Positions 26,572 through 36,281 of a stretch of DNA of 64,000 bases are shown here, one piece after another. Both the position numbers and the translations under genes were made by a program. Position 1 is the stretch's first letter; the number at the start of each line of letters is the position of its first letter. The stretch is from a virus, in the IMG/VR virus record IMGVR_UViG_3300021185_002720, positions 1-64,000 of that record. One strand, 5' to 3'. The notes under the pieces were generated by a model. That model worked only from the letters and a program-made list of their open reading frames with translations, did no database searches and was not told the DNA's origin.

Positions 26572-26874
26572 ATGAAACTATTTTTTATTATTTTACTTGC
26601 TGTAGCAGTAGCTGCAGTAGTAGTATGGGTAGGAACGAAGTATTTCGGACTTGCACCAGACAAAGACAAAGACGGCATTCCAGACAAAGTTGAAGATGCA
26701 GCTGAGAAAGTAAAGGCTACAACTAAAACTGTTAAAAGAAGAGCCAAGAGAGTTAAAGAAGAAGTTAAAGATGTAGTAGAAGAGATCAAGGACGTGATTG
26801 ATCAAACTAAAGACATCAAAGGAGCAGTTCAAGGTAAGCCTCGTAGAGGTAGAAAGCCAAAAGCTAAAAAATAA
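26572..26874 (+). CDS. membrane-anchored Lys-rich protein
   Basis: N-terminal TM, DKDKDGIPD, basic tail. Confidence 0.75.
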   Translation: MKLFFIILLAVAVAAVVVWVGTKYFGLAPDKDKDGIPDKVEDAAEKVKATTKTVKRRAKRVKEEVKDVVEEIKDVIDQTKDIKGAVQGKPRRGRKPKAKK

Positions 26875-26877
26875 GCT

Positions 26878-27099
26878 ATGCAGCAGCAATTAAATGTTGA
26901 CTTTTCTCAAACAACTCCGGTCATATGTGAAGAATGTGCAAACCCGTTCTTTACACAAAACCTCGTCATCCGACAAGTCCCTGGACTTCTCTCAGGACAG
27001 CGAGAACCCTCATATATCCCTATCCCAGTCTTCAGCTGTACCAAATGTGGACACGTCAATGAAGCATTTCAGCCAAAAGAAGGAAAAACATTGGATTAA
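26878..27099 (+). CDS. small zinc-ribbon protein
   Basis: CEEC...CTKCGH. Confidence 0.75.
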   Translation: MQQQLNVDFSQTTPVICEECANPFFTQNLVIRQVPGLLSGQREPSYIPIPVFSCTKCGHVNEAFQPKEGKTLD

Positions 27100-27134
27100 A
27101 TATTCAGGTTTACAAGGAGAGATTTATGATACAG

Positions 27135-27162
27135 AAGGGCCCAAATAAGGGTCCTTTTTTTT
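27135..27162 (+). terminator. intrinsic terminator
   Basis: AAGGGCCC-AAATAA-GGGTCCTT plus a T-run. Confidence 0.8.
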
Positions 27163-27337
27163 ATGCCCTTTTCTCACTAATTTAGTATAGCTTTTACTCA
27201 AACCTGTATATTTATTATTAGAATGCCGGTTAAGTCGATAAAGGTAACCAAAAAGTCGATAAACCAATCTAATCGTTCTACATAAATTTTCTACGTTAAT
27301 CGTTTTATAATTGTTGCAGTCGCAAAGCAGTAATTAT

Positions 27338-27808
27338 ATGAGACTATTATTATTTTTATTAAGTCTCCTATTCAGTTTCTCAATCTTTGGACAAGAGATA
27401 AAAATAGGTGATGTAAGTAACAATATCGAATTAGGTAACCTAGCTGGTAACAGAGACTTAGCATTTGGTGTTAAGAATGTACTAGAAGAAGTCATCCAAG
27501 ACTACGGGTATGACCTAAACCCAAACTCAAATAATATACTGGAAGTAGAATTGCTTTACTTTGATGTTCAACAGAACAATTTTCAAATAGCAGCCTACGG
27601 AAAAAATATCGATATCTATCAGATCATCGCCAGAGGCGTATATTCTATAGACGGTAAAAAGAAGAAAAAAGCAGTAGCTAAAGGAACAGCAAAATCTATT
27701 TCTACAGCTACATTAATAATTGATAAGGGAGGTAAGTTTTCACAGGCTAACGTCTCGACAGCAATAAAAAAACTCTGTGAAGATTTAATACGTAAACTAA
27801 AACTATGA
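27338..27808 (+). CDS. secreted protein, CsgG/TolB-N-like fold
   Basis: Signal peptide MRLLLFLLSLLFSFSIFG-Q; GVKNVLEEVIQD...STAIKKLCEDLI; start ATG 27338. Confidence 0.55.
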   Translation: MRLLLFLLSLLFSFSIFGQEIKIGDVSNNIELGNLAGNRDLAFGVKNVLEEVIQDYGYDLNPNSNNILEVELLYFDVQQNNFQIAAYGKNIDIYQIIARGVYSIDGKKKKKAVAKGTAKSISTATLIIDKGGKFSQANVSTAIKKLCEDLIRKLKL

Positions 27809-29493
27809 TGAAAAAATTATTATTTTTATTATTATTATTGCCAACGATAGCTCTAGGACAGACCTTTGTAGTTGGTATGAACTCCGGTGCTGATGCAGAC
27901 GTGGGTGAAGAAATTGAACTTAAATTTGAATTGTTTCCTGAATCAGGACAATCAACTATGCCGGCTACATTTTTACGATTTGATGTTCAATGGAACAATA
28001 AATTACTTGAATATGTTAGCCATACATTAGATCCTTTAAATAAATTAACTAGCGAGCAATCAGCTAGAACTCATTGGGATGGGTATAAATTTAACCAGGA
28101 TATGGACTATAGTTCATCTAATTTATATAGACATTTCTTATGGTGGAACGGAGGAGCAGCTCAAGCTGGTTCAAGTTCATACCCTACAAATAGTGACTTC
28201 TCAGTTGATAGGTTTACTATTCAAGCATCAGAAGACATTAATTTATATGATGCTGTATTGCATATGAAATTTAAAGTATTAGATAGACAAGGTACTAACT
28301 ATCAAAACTATTCTGGAGCTTTTCAAATTAACTGGGCTCAATTGGAAGATAATAGAGATGGTACGGTACACCAACTTGGTTCTACTAATCACCAAATTGG
28401 ATTAGATCCAGGAGGAGTAGGAGCAGGAGATGTTACTTTAAACTTAACTATACCTACAGATTATAAAGCAGATTATAAATATAATATATATCTTGCAAGT
28501 CAAGTAGAGGAAACAGATTATGATGGTGATGGAACTAACGATGGATTAGAGCCTAAAGAAGGAGAGCAGCCTTTTGCTGTAGGTACCTTTAATGGCAATG
28601 GTACTGCTTCTCTTGCTACATTAACATTAGACGAGGAAGTATGGGTACACACTTATGTAGACGGTACTCCAGATTGGTTAGATGATGTAGTAACAGTAAC
28701 AGATGTTTATAAAGCATTTCAATTCGCATTAGGTTCTACTGGTGGACCTGGAGGAGGAGCTGCTAACTGGGAGCATGAAGTACAAGCTATATTAGGAGAA
28801 GTAACTAACGATAATGTAGTAAACTTTGATGATTCTTATGAACTACTTGCTCATGTAAATGGAGTAGAGACAAGTGCTAATGTATCTTCTAAAGCAAATG
28901 GAGCTTTTAACTTCTCATCATTGATGGATAAGTACGGAGATATATCTGAATTTATGAGTGCTCGTACTTTTACTGCTACAGATGATAATAAGACATTTAC
29001 TATAGGACATGGACTAAGAGGAGATTTAGATTTCTCTCACTCAACAGTTCCTACTTTTACCTCATCTGATGCTCAATCAACTTCAGCTAGAAATGCACAA
29101 GCATTTTCTATTATATCTAACAGATCAGTAGAAACAGAAACTATCGATTTAACATCATCACTTGTCGACGGTCAAGTAATCGTAGATGTAAATTTAGACA
29201 CAGCTGGACTAGTTGGATCTCAGTTTAAAATTGTATTTGATAATAACATACTAACTTTAGATGATATCATATACGATACAGGATCTAATATGACTAACTT
29301 TGGTACGGTAAAAGGTAACGTAGTATCATTTGGTTCATTAGATTACGCTGGTGATGTATCAGTAAATACAGGAAGACCTTATAGGTTAGTCTTTACACCA
29401 AACGAAAATATAACAAACACAGCAGGACTGGTAAGCTTTAAAATCATAGAAGGAGTTAAAGCAGACGGAACTAAAGTTAAATTCCAATACTAA
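27805..29493 (+). CDS. secreted protein with cohesin-like and dockerin/EF-hand-like regions
   Basis: Signal peptide; cohesin-like RFDVQWNNKLLEY and QFKIVFDNNILTL; dockerin-like VTVTDVY...GEVTNDNVVNFDDSYELL. Confidence 0.6.
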   Translation: MMKKLLFLLLLLPTIALGQTFVVGMNSGADADVGEEIELKFELFPESGQSTMPATFLRFDVQWNNKLLEYVSHTLDPLNKLTSEQSARTHWDGYKFNQDMDYSSSNLYRHFLWWNGGAAQAGSSSYPTNSDFSVDRFTIQASEDINLYDAVLHMKFKVLDRQGTNYQNYSGAFQINWAQLEDNRDGTVHQLGSTNHQIGLDPGGVGAGDVTLNLTIPTDYKADYKYNIYLASQVEETDYDGDGTNDGLEPKEGEQPFAVGTFNGNGTASLATLTLDEEVWVHTYVDGTPDWLDDVVTVTDVYKAFQFALGSTGGPGGGAANWEHEVQAILGEVTNDNVVNFDDSYELLAHVNGVETSANVSSKANGAFNFSSLMDKYGDISEFMSARTFTATDDNKTFTIGHGLRGDLDFSHSTVPTFTSSDAQSTSARNAQAFSIISNRSVETETIDLTSSLVDGQVIVDVNLDTAGLVGSQFKIVFDNNILTLDDIIYDTGSNMTNFGTVKGNVVSFGSLDYAGDVSVNTGRPYRLVFTPNENITNTAGLVSFKIIEGVKADGTKVKFQY

Positions 29494-29498
29494 ATAAT

Positions 29499-29873
29499 AT
29501 GAAAAAAATAACAACATTACTAGCATTACTTGTCCTATTAGGATGTGCTAAAGACGAATTAGAATTTGAAGCACCTTTTAACGAAGTACCAGATGCATTG
29601 CAAATATTAGATCCAATCGGTCTAAAATTAGAAAGCGCTATTGTAACTAACAAAGTAGCAATCAATGCTAAGTTTGACGTAGAAGGTAGCTATAGAATAA
29701 AGATAATTGATATAAGTGGTAAAGTAGTATCACAGGATAAAATTACAGCAACAGCTGGTGATAACTTACTTAACATTTATACTACAGCTCTTGATAAAAG
29801 TTCTTATCAAGTCTATATAACAGATAACTTTAATAATGTATTAGGAATAGAGTCCTTTACTATGATAGATTAA
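29499..29873 (+). CDS. lipoprotein with T9SS C-terminal-domain-like Ig fold
   Basis: Lipobox LLGC; YRIKIIDISGKVV...NIYTTALDKSSYQVYI resembles the Por secretion tail. Confidence 0.6.
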   Translation: MKKITTLLALLVLLGCAKDELEFEAPFNEVPDALQILDPIGLKLESAIVTNKVAINAKFDVEGSYRIKIIDISGKVVSQDKITATAGDNLLNIYTTALDKSSYQVYITDNFNNVLGIESFTMID

Positions 29874-29875
29874 CT

Positions 29876-30139
29876 ATGGCAGAAAAAGATAACACATTTG
29901 GAGAAATAAAAAAAGCAATAATAGGGGTCGTAACCCTAGCTATTACTACTGCAGGTGGACTTTTTATTGCTAATATGGAAAATATCTTCAAATCAGAAGA
30001 TAAGAAAGAAATTGTAACTGATGTAGATACTAACGAATCTACAAAAGATACGATTGTTGTATTCTCGCAGCAAAAAAAGGAACCTGAAGTTGTCGCAAAA
30101 CCTCAGGCTCCCGTAAAAGAGGAAAAATACGAGTGGTAA
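29876..30139 (+). CDS. single-TM protein
   Basis: AIIGVVTLAITTAGGLFIA. Confidence 0.7.
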   Translation: MAEKDNTFGEIKKAIIGVVTLAITTAGGLFIANMENIFKSEDKKEIVTDVDTNESTKDTIVVFSQQKKEPEVVAKPQAPVKEEKYEW

Positions 30140-30158
30140 CCTTTAAAAATTAAAAACT

Positions 30159-30386
30159 ATGATTAACGTAATTAACTTTTTCGCATCTCCCTTCATATCA
30201 ATATATGAAGAAATATTCGAACAGCCAACTTTATTATGGAAAATTTGGCATTCTTTTTTGCTACTATGGGTAAGTAGCTTATTTTTATTATTCGTTGTTG
30301 GATGGACTTTTTTGGTATTTAACTTAATAACCAATCCTAGTTCATTCGAAAACGCTACGTTCGGGGTCTTCGATACACTTGGTTAA
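30159..30386 (+). CDS. small membrane protein
   Basis: Long hydrophobic segment. Confidence 0.6.
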   Translation: MINVINFFASPFISIYEEIFEQPTLLWKIWHSFLLLWVSSLFLLFVVGWTFLVFNLITNPSSFENATFGVFDTLG

Positions 30387-31095
30387 GAAGATACTTCTTG
30401 TACTATTACTAAGTACAGGATTTATAAATGGACAAGTCGTAGGAAAGACCACTACTGAGGATTATCAGGCTGAATTCGAAAGACAGGCCTCGTTATTTTC
30501 GATACCAGAATACTTTGGTGATCCAGTACCAGTAGCTCTACTCAACGTAGGTATTACAGATGATATATTAATTCAGTATCCTGAACTAGGAGACTATAGA
30601 GTTGGACTAGGTTTAACAAATATAACTGTTGCTTTCTTAGATGAAACATTCAGATTTGAATTTGTTGAAACTAAAGATGCTATCAAAGAAAGAATGATAG
30701 TTCAATTCAAAGCTTCCCAGAAAGGGTTTACTGCTAATGAGATTGAGATTAGAGGAAAGATAACTCTTGCAGCATATTTTGCTTATGTAGAGATATATGA
30801 TTTTTCTATATCTGAAGATGAAACTATTAATTTAAAAGACGGAGTAAAAAATACTCTTGTGACCAGACTTGGACTTCAAGTTAAAATGGTCGATGCACAA
30901 ACCGGACTATATATGACAGGCTCCGGATTAGGACTCGCAACAACTACTAGAGAGGTAACTCTCCTTAATGATCAAAACTTAGATGAAGTTCAGTTTAATT
31001 CCTCATCAATTGGAATTAGTACTAGAAAGGCATTAGAGACAGCAGTTGCTAAAATAGTGAAGCGTATGATACGCAAGAAAATATTTGATCACTAA
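30379..31095 (+). CDS. CsgG/HfaB-like secreted protein
   Basis: Signal peptide; GLGLTNI...RFEFVE, AAYFAYVEIYDFS, LGLQVKMVDAQTG, STRKALETAV. Confidence 0.65.
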   Translation: MVKKILLVLLLSTGFINGQVVGKTTTEDYQAEFERQASLFSIPEYFGDPVPVALLNVGITDDILIQYPELGDYRVGLGLTNITVAFLDETFRFEFVETKDAIKERMIVQFKASQKGFTANEIEIRGKITLAAYFAYVEIYDFSISEDETINLKDGVKNTLVTRLGLQVKMVDAQTGLYMTGSGLGLATTTREVTLLNDQNLDEVQFNSSSIGISTRKALETAVAKIVKRMIRKKIFDH

Positions 31096-31100
31096 GGGTT

Positions 31101-32837
31101 ATGAGATGGTTACTATTCATAGTAATTGCTGCGATGGGGATGTTCGAGGGTCATAGTCAGACCCTCGTTCAAACCTATACTGATAGATGTACCGGAGAGG
31201 TAAAAGTATTCTCTGTTCAAATGGGAGGCCAAACAGTGGTCGCTTATTATAATAAATCGAGAGTATTTACTTCTACTGAATTTACTAACGGTACTTTACA
31301 AGCATGGCTAGAAGAAACTTATTCTTGGTTTCAAGCTTTATCACCATGCTCCTCTGGGAATGCTAATTCTCAAACAACTCAACAGACAACAAATCAAGCA
31401 ACAACAAATGCTACAAATGCAGCTAATAACGCTACATCTGGAGCAACTCAAAATACCGGAACAACAAATACCGGAACAACAAATACTAACACAGGCAATG
31501 GAAGCACAGGAAATACAGGATCAAGTGGAGGAACAGGAGGTTCTTCTGGATCAGGCAATTCAGGAAGCAGCGGAAGCAGCTCCGGTAATAACGGAGGAGG
31601 ATCAGGCTCTGGGGGCAGCGATGGCTCAGGAGGCAATTCAGGATCTTCTGACAACAGTGGCTCAGGAGGAAATGATTCCGGAAACGGTGGAGGAGGAGAC
31701 TCTTCTGGCGGCAGCGATTCAGGAGGGAGTGACGATTCAGGTGGGTCTGATAGCTCGGGTGATAACGGTGGTTCGTCAGATTCAGATAACTCTTCTGGGG
31801 ATGGAGATAGCAGCGATGATAATTCGTCAGGAGGAGAAGAAAGCGATTCAGGCGGTGAAGGAGAAGAAAATAAAGACGATTCGAAAAATGAGGAAAGTAA
31901 GGATGAAAAGTCTGATGAAAAGTCTGAAGAGAAATCTGAAGAAAAAGAAAAAGAAGAAGAAGTAGAAGAAGAAAAGAAAGAAGAAAAAGAAGAGGAAAAA
32001 GAAGAAGAAAAGAAAGAAGATAAAGAAGAAGAAGAGGAAGAGGAAAAAAAGGAAGATAGTAAAGAAGAGGAAGAGGAAGAAGAAGAGGAGGAGAAAGAAA
32101 AGACTTTAGCACCACCAATCGTAACTGCTAATTTAGTTACTATGCAAATGATGGATGGTGTATTGCAACAAGCAGCTTCATTTGGATACTCACAATCTTC
32201 TTTAACCGGAAGAGAAACATACTCAGCTAATGCTATGGTATGGTCTAACCTTAAGCAATTTAGTTTAAACCTTTCACAGAGTACTGTATACTTTAATTAC
32301 GATAGAGAAGTTCCTGTAATGGTACTGGATCCTGAAACAGGAAAGAAGTATAAATTTGGTAGCTATATGGACAAAGGATCCATAATGATGGTACAATCAG
32401 TCTCAGCTGGCTATATGAAGATGTTTTCAACTCATGTTGTTACAGCAGGTATAAGTAATGTATATTTAGGTCAGAAAGAAAATGGTTGGAAAGGATTCGT
32501 AGGTGGATTTGCTTTAACTAGTATGGGAGTATTTTTAGAAGGCGGTGAAAAAATAGCTACTATGTCAATTACTGGATTTGCTACTAAACCATTTAACGTT
32601 AAAGATAGAGTAGTAATATCCCCTATGGTAGCCTATTCTCATTCTCCTATGACTTATGCTGTAAAAGCTAAAACAGCAACTTGGACTGAATACGGTACAT
32701 ATATTTTAGGTAGTAACTTTGACTTTAAACTTTCTCAGAGGTTTAATGCAAATATAGGAGGAACAGTTATTGGAAATACTCAACCAGGTATACCAATGTC
32801 TTATGCTATAACCGTTGGATCACGATTTCAATTCTAA
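31101..32837 (+). CDS. putative outer-membrane beta-barrel protein with long low-complexity linker
   Basis: Signal peptide, Cys-bounded N-domain, T/N then G/S/D then E/K low-complexity tracts, amphipathic beta C-domain ending GSRFQF. Confidence 0.6.
   Translation: MRWLLFIVIAAMGMFEGHSQTLVQTYTDRCTGEVKVFSVQMGGQTVVAYYNKSRVFTSTEFTNGTLQAWLEETYSWFQALSPCSSGNANSQTTQQTTNQATTNATNAANNATSGATQNTGTTNTGTTNTNTGNGSTGNTGSSGGTGGSSGSGNSGSSGSSSGNNGGGSGSGGSDGSGGNSGSSDNSGSGGNDSGNGGGGDSSGGSDSGGSDDSGGSDSSGDNGGSSDSDNSSGDGDSSDDNSSGGEESDSGGEGEENKDDSKNEESKDEKSDEKSEEKSEEKEKEEEVEEEKKEEKEEEKEEEKKEDKEEEEEEEKKEDSKEEEEEEEEEEKEKTLAPPIVTANLVTMQMMDGVLQQAASFGYSQSSLTGRETYSANAMVWSNLKQFSLNLSQSTVYFNYDREVPVMVLDPETGKKYKFGSYMDKGSIMMVQSVSAGYMKMFSTHVVTAGISNVYLGQKENGWKGFVGGFALTSMGVFLEGGEKIATMSITGFATKPFNVKDRVVISPMVAYSHSPMTYAVKAKTATWTEYGTYILGSNFDFKLSQRFNANIGGTVIGNTQPGIPMSYAITVGSRFQF
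31370..32100 (+). repeat. low-complexity coding repeats (TNTGT, GGSD/GSSG, EEEK)
   Basis: ACAACAAATACCGGA tandem units near 31451-31490, then Gly/Ser and GAA-rich runs. Confidence 0.85.
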
Positions 32838-32879
32838 CAACTATTTATATAAAAGAACGTTTCACTTAAATTGTTATTT

Positions 32880-33137
32880 ATGTTTAAAAATTTAAAACGT
32901 AAATGGATGGCTTTTAAAGACATATTCAAAGATGAAAATGATATCAACGAAAAATCAGTAGTTGGTTTCGCAGCATTTGTAATAATGGTATTATTCGCAT
33001 GTGCTGATTTATTAACTGGTTATCTAGGTAAAGACCTAGTTATAAATGAATTTATCTATAACTCCTTTGTATGGGTAGTTTTAGGTGCTTTCGGAATTGC
33101 TGAAGCTGGTAAAGCATTCGGGCAAAGAAATAAATAA
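32880..33137 (+). CDS. holin-like two-TM protein
   Basis: Two TM helices, basic C-terminus, immediately upstream of a murein enzyme. Confidence 0.55.
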   Translation: MFKNLKRKWMAFKDIFKDENDINEKSVVGFAAFVIMVLFACADLLTGYLGKDLVINEFIYNSFVWVVLGAFGIAEAGKAFGQRNK

Positions 33138-33139
33138 GT

Positions 33140-33748
33140 ATGTATACATTAGAACAAATAAAAAAAGCAGTTAGATCAAAAGGATATGTTTGGTTTGACT
33201 CTACGAAAGGATACGATGTAAATATCGTAGGAGTAAGAAACTCATCAACTAATAATAGAATTACAAATAGATTTGACGATCATGTAACTATATCATTTGT
33301 TGATTTCGATGGTAACTGGCAGTTTAAATGCTATGAAGCAACTACTGATCCAGGAACACATTGGACAGAAAATTTACTAAACCCTGATGGAGTAGCTATT
33401 CTTAAACCTGGACAATATAGAGGTTCACATAAGATTAGATTACACGCAGGTAAGTATGAAGCATTAGGTCAGAAGAAACCATTAAAAGTATATAGAGATG
33501 GTGATAAAGATAATGAGTATGACTTAATTGAAGAGAATGTTAAGGAAGGTATCTACGGAATTAATATTCATAGAGCTACTGCTAAGGAAGGTGGTAAATC
33601 TATTAGAGTAGACAAATGGTCTGCTGGGTGTCAAGTAATTGCAGCTAATTCTGATTTCAAAGAATTTATGGAAATCTGTCATGAAGCTAAGAATATATGG
33701 GGGAACTCATTTACTTACACATTAATAGAATCGAAAGATATCGTCTAA
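33140..33748 (+). CDS. YkuD/L,D-transpeptidase-fold murein enzyme (putative endolysin)
   Basis: GINIHRA-x(9)-DKWSAGCQV matches the H-x(14-17)-S-x-G-C catalytic motif. Confidence 0.65.
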   Translation: MYTLEQIKKAVRSKGYVWFDSTKGYDVNIVGVRNSSTNNRITNRFDDHVTISFVDFDGNWQFKCYEATTDPGTHWTENLLNPDGVAILKPGQYRGSHKIRLHAGKYEALGQKKPLKVYRDGDKDNEYDLIEENVKEGIYGINIHRATAKEGGKSIRVDKWSAGCQVIAANSDFKEFMEICHEAKNIWGNSFTYTLIESKDIV

Positions 33749-33749
33749 T

Positions 33750-33782
33750 AGTTGCTCGTTTAAATTAAATTTCTTATATTGT
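33750..33782 (+). promoter_or_regulatory. Bacteroidota-type promoter, probably leaderless transcript
   Basis: AGTTG-N17-TCTTATATTG; ATG at 33787. Confidence 0.7.
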
Positions 33783-33786
33783 AGTT

Positions 33787-34158
33787 ATGAATGTACAACG
33801 ACCACAAGGTTTACAAGGTTATCTATTGTTTGCTATCCTAGGAGGATTTGTAGCTTGGATGGTTTGGGGACAACCTAAAATAGAAGTAGACGTTGAATCT
33901 TATCAGCTTAAAATTGAGCTGTTAGAGAGGAAGATAGATTCCATTAAGGTAGAGAACTCAGGATTAAAAGTAGAAGCTGACTCTCTTAACCTTAAGATAG
34001 GAGAATACGATAGTAAAATCAAAAAATTAAATTCAAGAATTTATGTTATTAAAAAGGAGACTAAGCAAAAGCTTGACGCTGTTGATAATCTTGTCGATGA
34101 TGAGCTTCAAAGCTTTTTCACAGAACGCTACCGACAGTACCAGGATTCAATTAACTAA
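33787..34158 (+). CDS. spanin-like protein (TM + coiled coil)
   Basis: N-terminal TM then heptad repeats; overlapped by the next gene. Confidence 0.55.
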   Translation: MNVQRPQGLQGYLLFAILGGFVAWMVWGQPKIEVDVESYQLKIELLERKIDSIKVENSGLKVEADSLNLKIGEYDSKIKKLNSRIYVIKKETKQKLDAVDNLVDDELQSFFTERYRQYQDSIN

Positions 34159-34471
34159 GCCTATAGCTAAGTTAGTTATTAAAGATCTTATACAGTTCGA
34201 TGGTTTGTCTACTGAAATGCAAACTATGCAAACTATTCTATCAGAGACTAACAATAAACTAGTAACGCAGAACCAATTAGTAGTTAATTTACAGCTACAA
34301 AACAATAATTTAGAGTCTGTAATTAGAGAATTAAACAAAAAATACGATACTCAATCTTCATTAACTAAAGATTTTGAAGTGGCTCTTAAGCGGCAAAAGA
34401 GACAATCAACTATTTATAAGATAGGAACTACTGTTGGAGCAGTAGCGACTCTTTTATTATTAGTGCAATGA
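34043..34471 (+). CDS. spanin-like partner (signal peptide + coiled coil + C-terminal hydrophobic segment)
   Basis: Overlaps the previous ORF by 116 nt in another frame, as spanin pairs often do. Confidence 0.5.
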   Translation: MLLKRRLSKSLTLLIILSMMSFKAFSQNATDSTRIQLTKPIAKLVIKDLIQFDGLSTEMQTMQTILSETNNKLVTQNQLVVNLQLQNNNLESVIRELNKKYDTQSSLTKDFEVALKRQKRQSTIYKIGTTVGAVATLLLLVQ

Positions 34472-35649
34472 TAAACAAAATCAGACGTAATTTTTTTCCG
34501 TCGATAATAGCATTATCTGCTTTATCGGTGTCTGCCTCTGCTGCCTTTTATTCGGTAAGTGGGCTAAGTAAACTATTTGCTGGAGCTACATTTGAGGTAA
34601 TAATTATGGCTGGTTCTTTAGAGGTGGCTAAACTAGTCACTGCTTCTCTTCTATATCAGCACTGGAATACTATAAATAAACTTCTTAGAACGTATCTCTC
34701 CATTGCTACTATTATATTAGTACTAATTACTAGTATGGGTATATACGGCTTTCTAAGTGCAGCATATCAAGAAACTTATCAAAAGTTAACTGTACAAGAG
34801 AATCAAATAGAATTCTTAGAAAACAAAGCTAAATTTTATGAAGATGATGTTACAAGGTATGATCAAGAACTTGAAAGAATCTCTAATAACATTTCTACTC
34901 TCAGTGGTGCTAAGGCAACCTCAATCCAGGTACGGGACACATCGGCTGTGGGCGGTGTTAGATCCACAGTATCCACAGCTGAGTTACGCTTGGCACAAAG
35001 TCGTATCAATGTTGAAGAAGAAAATAGGACGGCTGTTAATGTGAAAAGAACTGTAGCTGCTGACAGCTTACAGACAATTAAGTTAGAGATACTATCTTTA
35101 CAGAACAATGCGGATACAGTAGGAGAATTAGGTCCTTTACAGTATCTATCAGGTCTTACAGGTACTCCTATGGATAAGATCATTAACATCCTACTTCTTA
35201 TTATTATATTTGTCTTTGATCCTTTAGCTATATCCTTAGTTATAGCAGCTAACTTTGCATTCGATCAAGCTAATAGAAAGAATCTATATGATGAGTATGA
35301 AGATGAGATAGAAGATGACTTGTGGGACGATGATCCGTATGATGATATTAATGATATAGAGGTTGACACTGAAGAAGTACTTCCAGATGAAGCAAGAGGG
35401 GTTAAACCTCCTAAAGAAGATCCTTTATCAAATTACGATGAAGAAGCTGAAAGAAGAATGGACATAGTTGGGCAAAACGGTAATGAAGGAGAACATTATG
35501 ACGAGGAAGTTATCGTAGTCGATTCTAAAGACGGTCCTGCACAACCTGTTAAAATCTTACAGAAAGGTCCTTCAATACACAGAGTACTCTTTAGCGATGG
35601 CTCTGAAAAAAAAGTTAATAAAGATGATAATATTATTAGATACCTGTAG
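34468..35649 (+). CDS. multi-TM coiled-coil membrane protein
   Basis: SAAFYSVSGL, LEVAKLV, TSMGIYGFLS, coiled coil, GELGPLQY, IIFVFDPLAI, acidic tail. Confidence 0.75.
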   Translation: MINKIRRNFFPSIIALSALSVSASAAFYSVSGLSKLFAGATFEVIIMAGSLEVAKLVTASLLYQHWNTINKLLRTYLSIATIILVLITSMGIYGFLSAAYQETYQKLTVQENQIEFLENKAKFYEDDVTRYDQELERISNNISTLSGAKATSIQVRDTSAVGGVRSTVSTAELRLAQSRINVEEENRTAVNVKRTVAADSLQTIKLEILSLQNNADTVGELGPLQYLSGLTGTPMDKIINILLLIIIFVFDPLAISLVIAANFAFDQANRKNLYDEYEDEIEDDLWDDDPYDDINDIEVDTEEVLPDEARGVKPPKEDPLSNYDEEAERRMDIVGQNGNEGEHYDEEVIVVDSKDGPAQPVKILQKGPSIHRVLFSDGSEKKVNKDDNIIRYL

Positions 35650-35698
35650 GTTATCTTAAATATTTTTCTTATCTTTATATAAACACTAAATTTTTGTT

Positions 35699-35917
35699 AT
35701 GGCACAATACAGAGTTATTAAGATGCTTCGAAAGACCTTTGAAGCACAGAAAGAAAAGGCACTTATGACATTCGATCTTCTTACAGAAAGCCCAGCAGGG
35801 ATAGGAGATCATTCTACTACAGATTTTTATAACAACGCAGAAGAAGCAGCTAGAGCATTAGCTGAAGCTGATGACGTATTACAAACCCTTGAAAGATATT
35901 ACAGCAACAATGAGTGA
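35699..35917 (+). CDS. hypothetical protein
   Basis: AGIGDHS motif; preceded by a promoter variant at ~35646-35677. Confidence 0.7.
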   Translation: MAQYRVIKMLRKTFEAQKEKALMTFDLLTESPAGIGDHSTTDFYNNAEEAARALAEADDVLQTLERYYSNNE

Positions 35918-36281
35918 TAGAGAAATAATGAATGCTAAGAATCCTCCTTCAGCAAGAGAAATTCTAAAAGAAGAGTACCCTACAATCTATAACGGCTATC
36001 AGTCTATTATCGATGAACAGTTTGAACTATTTGCCAGAAAGCATCTAGACTATGGTATGCATAATGTAAGTGCAGGCACCAATCTAGATAACTCCGACGA
36101 AGTAGAATTTGCAATGACTGGTTTATGGTATAGACTTTCAGATAAGATTAACAGATGGAAGAATATGATCATTTCAGGTCGTAAAGCTCAAAACGAAACA
36201 CTAATAGATACTTTTCAAGACGTTACTAACTACGGTATCATAGCTCAGTTAGTTAAGAGAGGTATGTGGAAAAACGATTAA
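35910..36281 (+). CDS. nucleotide-modification-associated domain protein (DUF1599/Nmad1-like)
   Basis: FARKHLDYG, RLSDKINR, NETLIDTFQDVTNYGII. Confidence 0.75.
   Translation: MSDREIMNAKNPPSAREILKEEYPTIYNGYQSIIDEQFELFARKHLDYGMHNVSAGTNLDNSDEVEFAMTGLWYRLSDKINRWKNMIISGRKAQNETLIDTFQDVTNYGIIAQLVKRGMWKND

Noticed and set aside
27231-27263. Direct repeat AAGTCGATAAA (two copies) upstream of the outer-membrane module
   Set aside because: Only two short copies with no further array; could be an operator but the support is too thin, and it is not CRISPR-like.
31360-32118. Long alternative-frame and minus-strand ORFs (201, 68 and 210 aa)
   Set aside because: Artefacts of stop-poor low-complexity Gly/Ser and Glu/Lys codon runs in 31101..32837.
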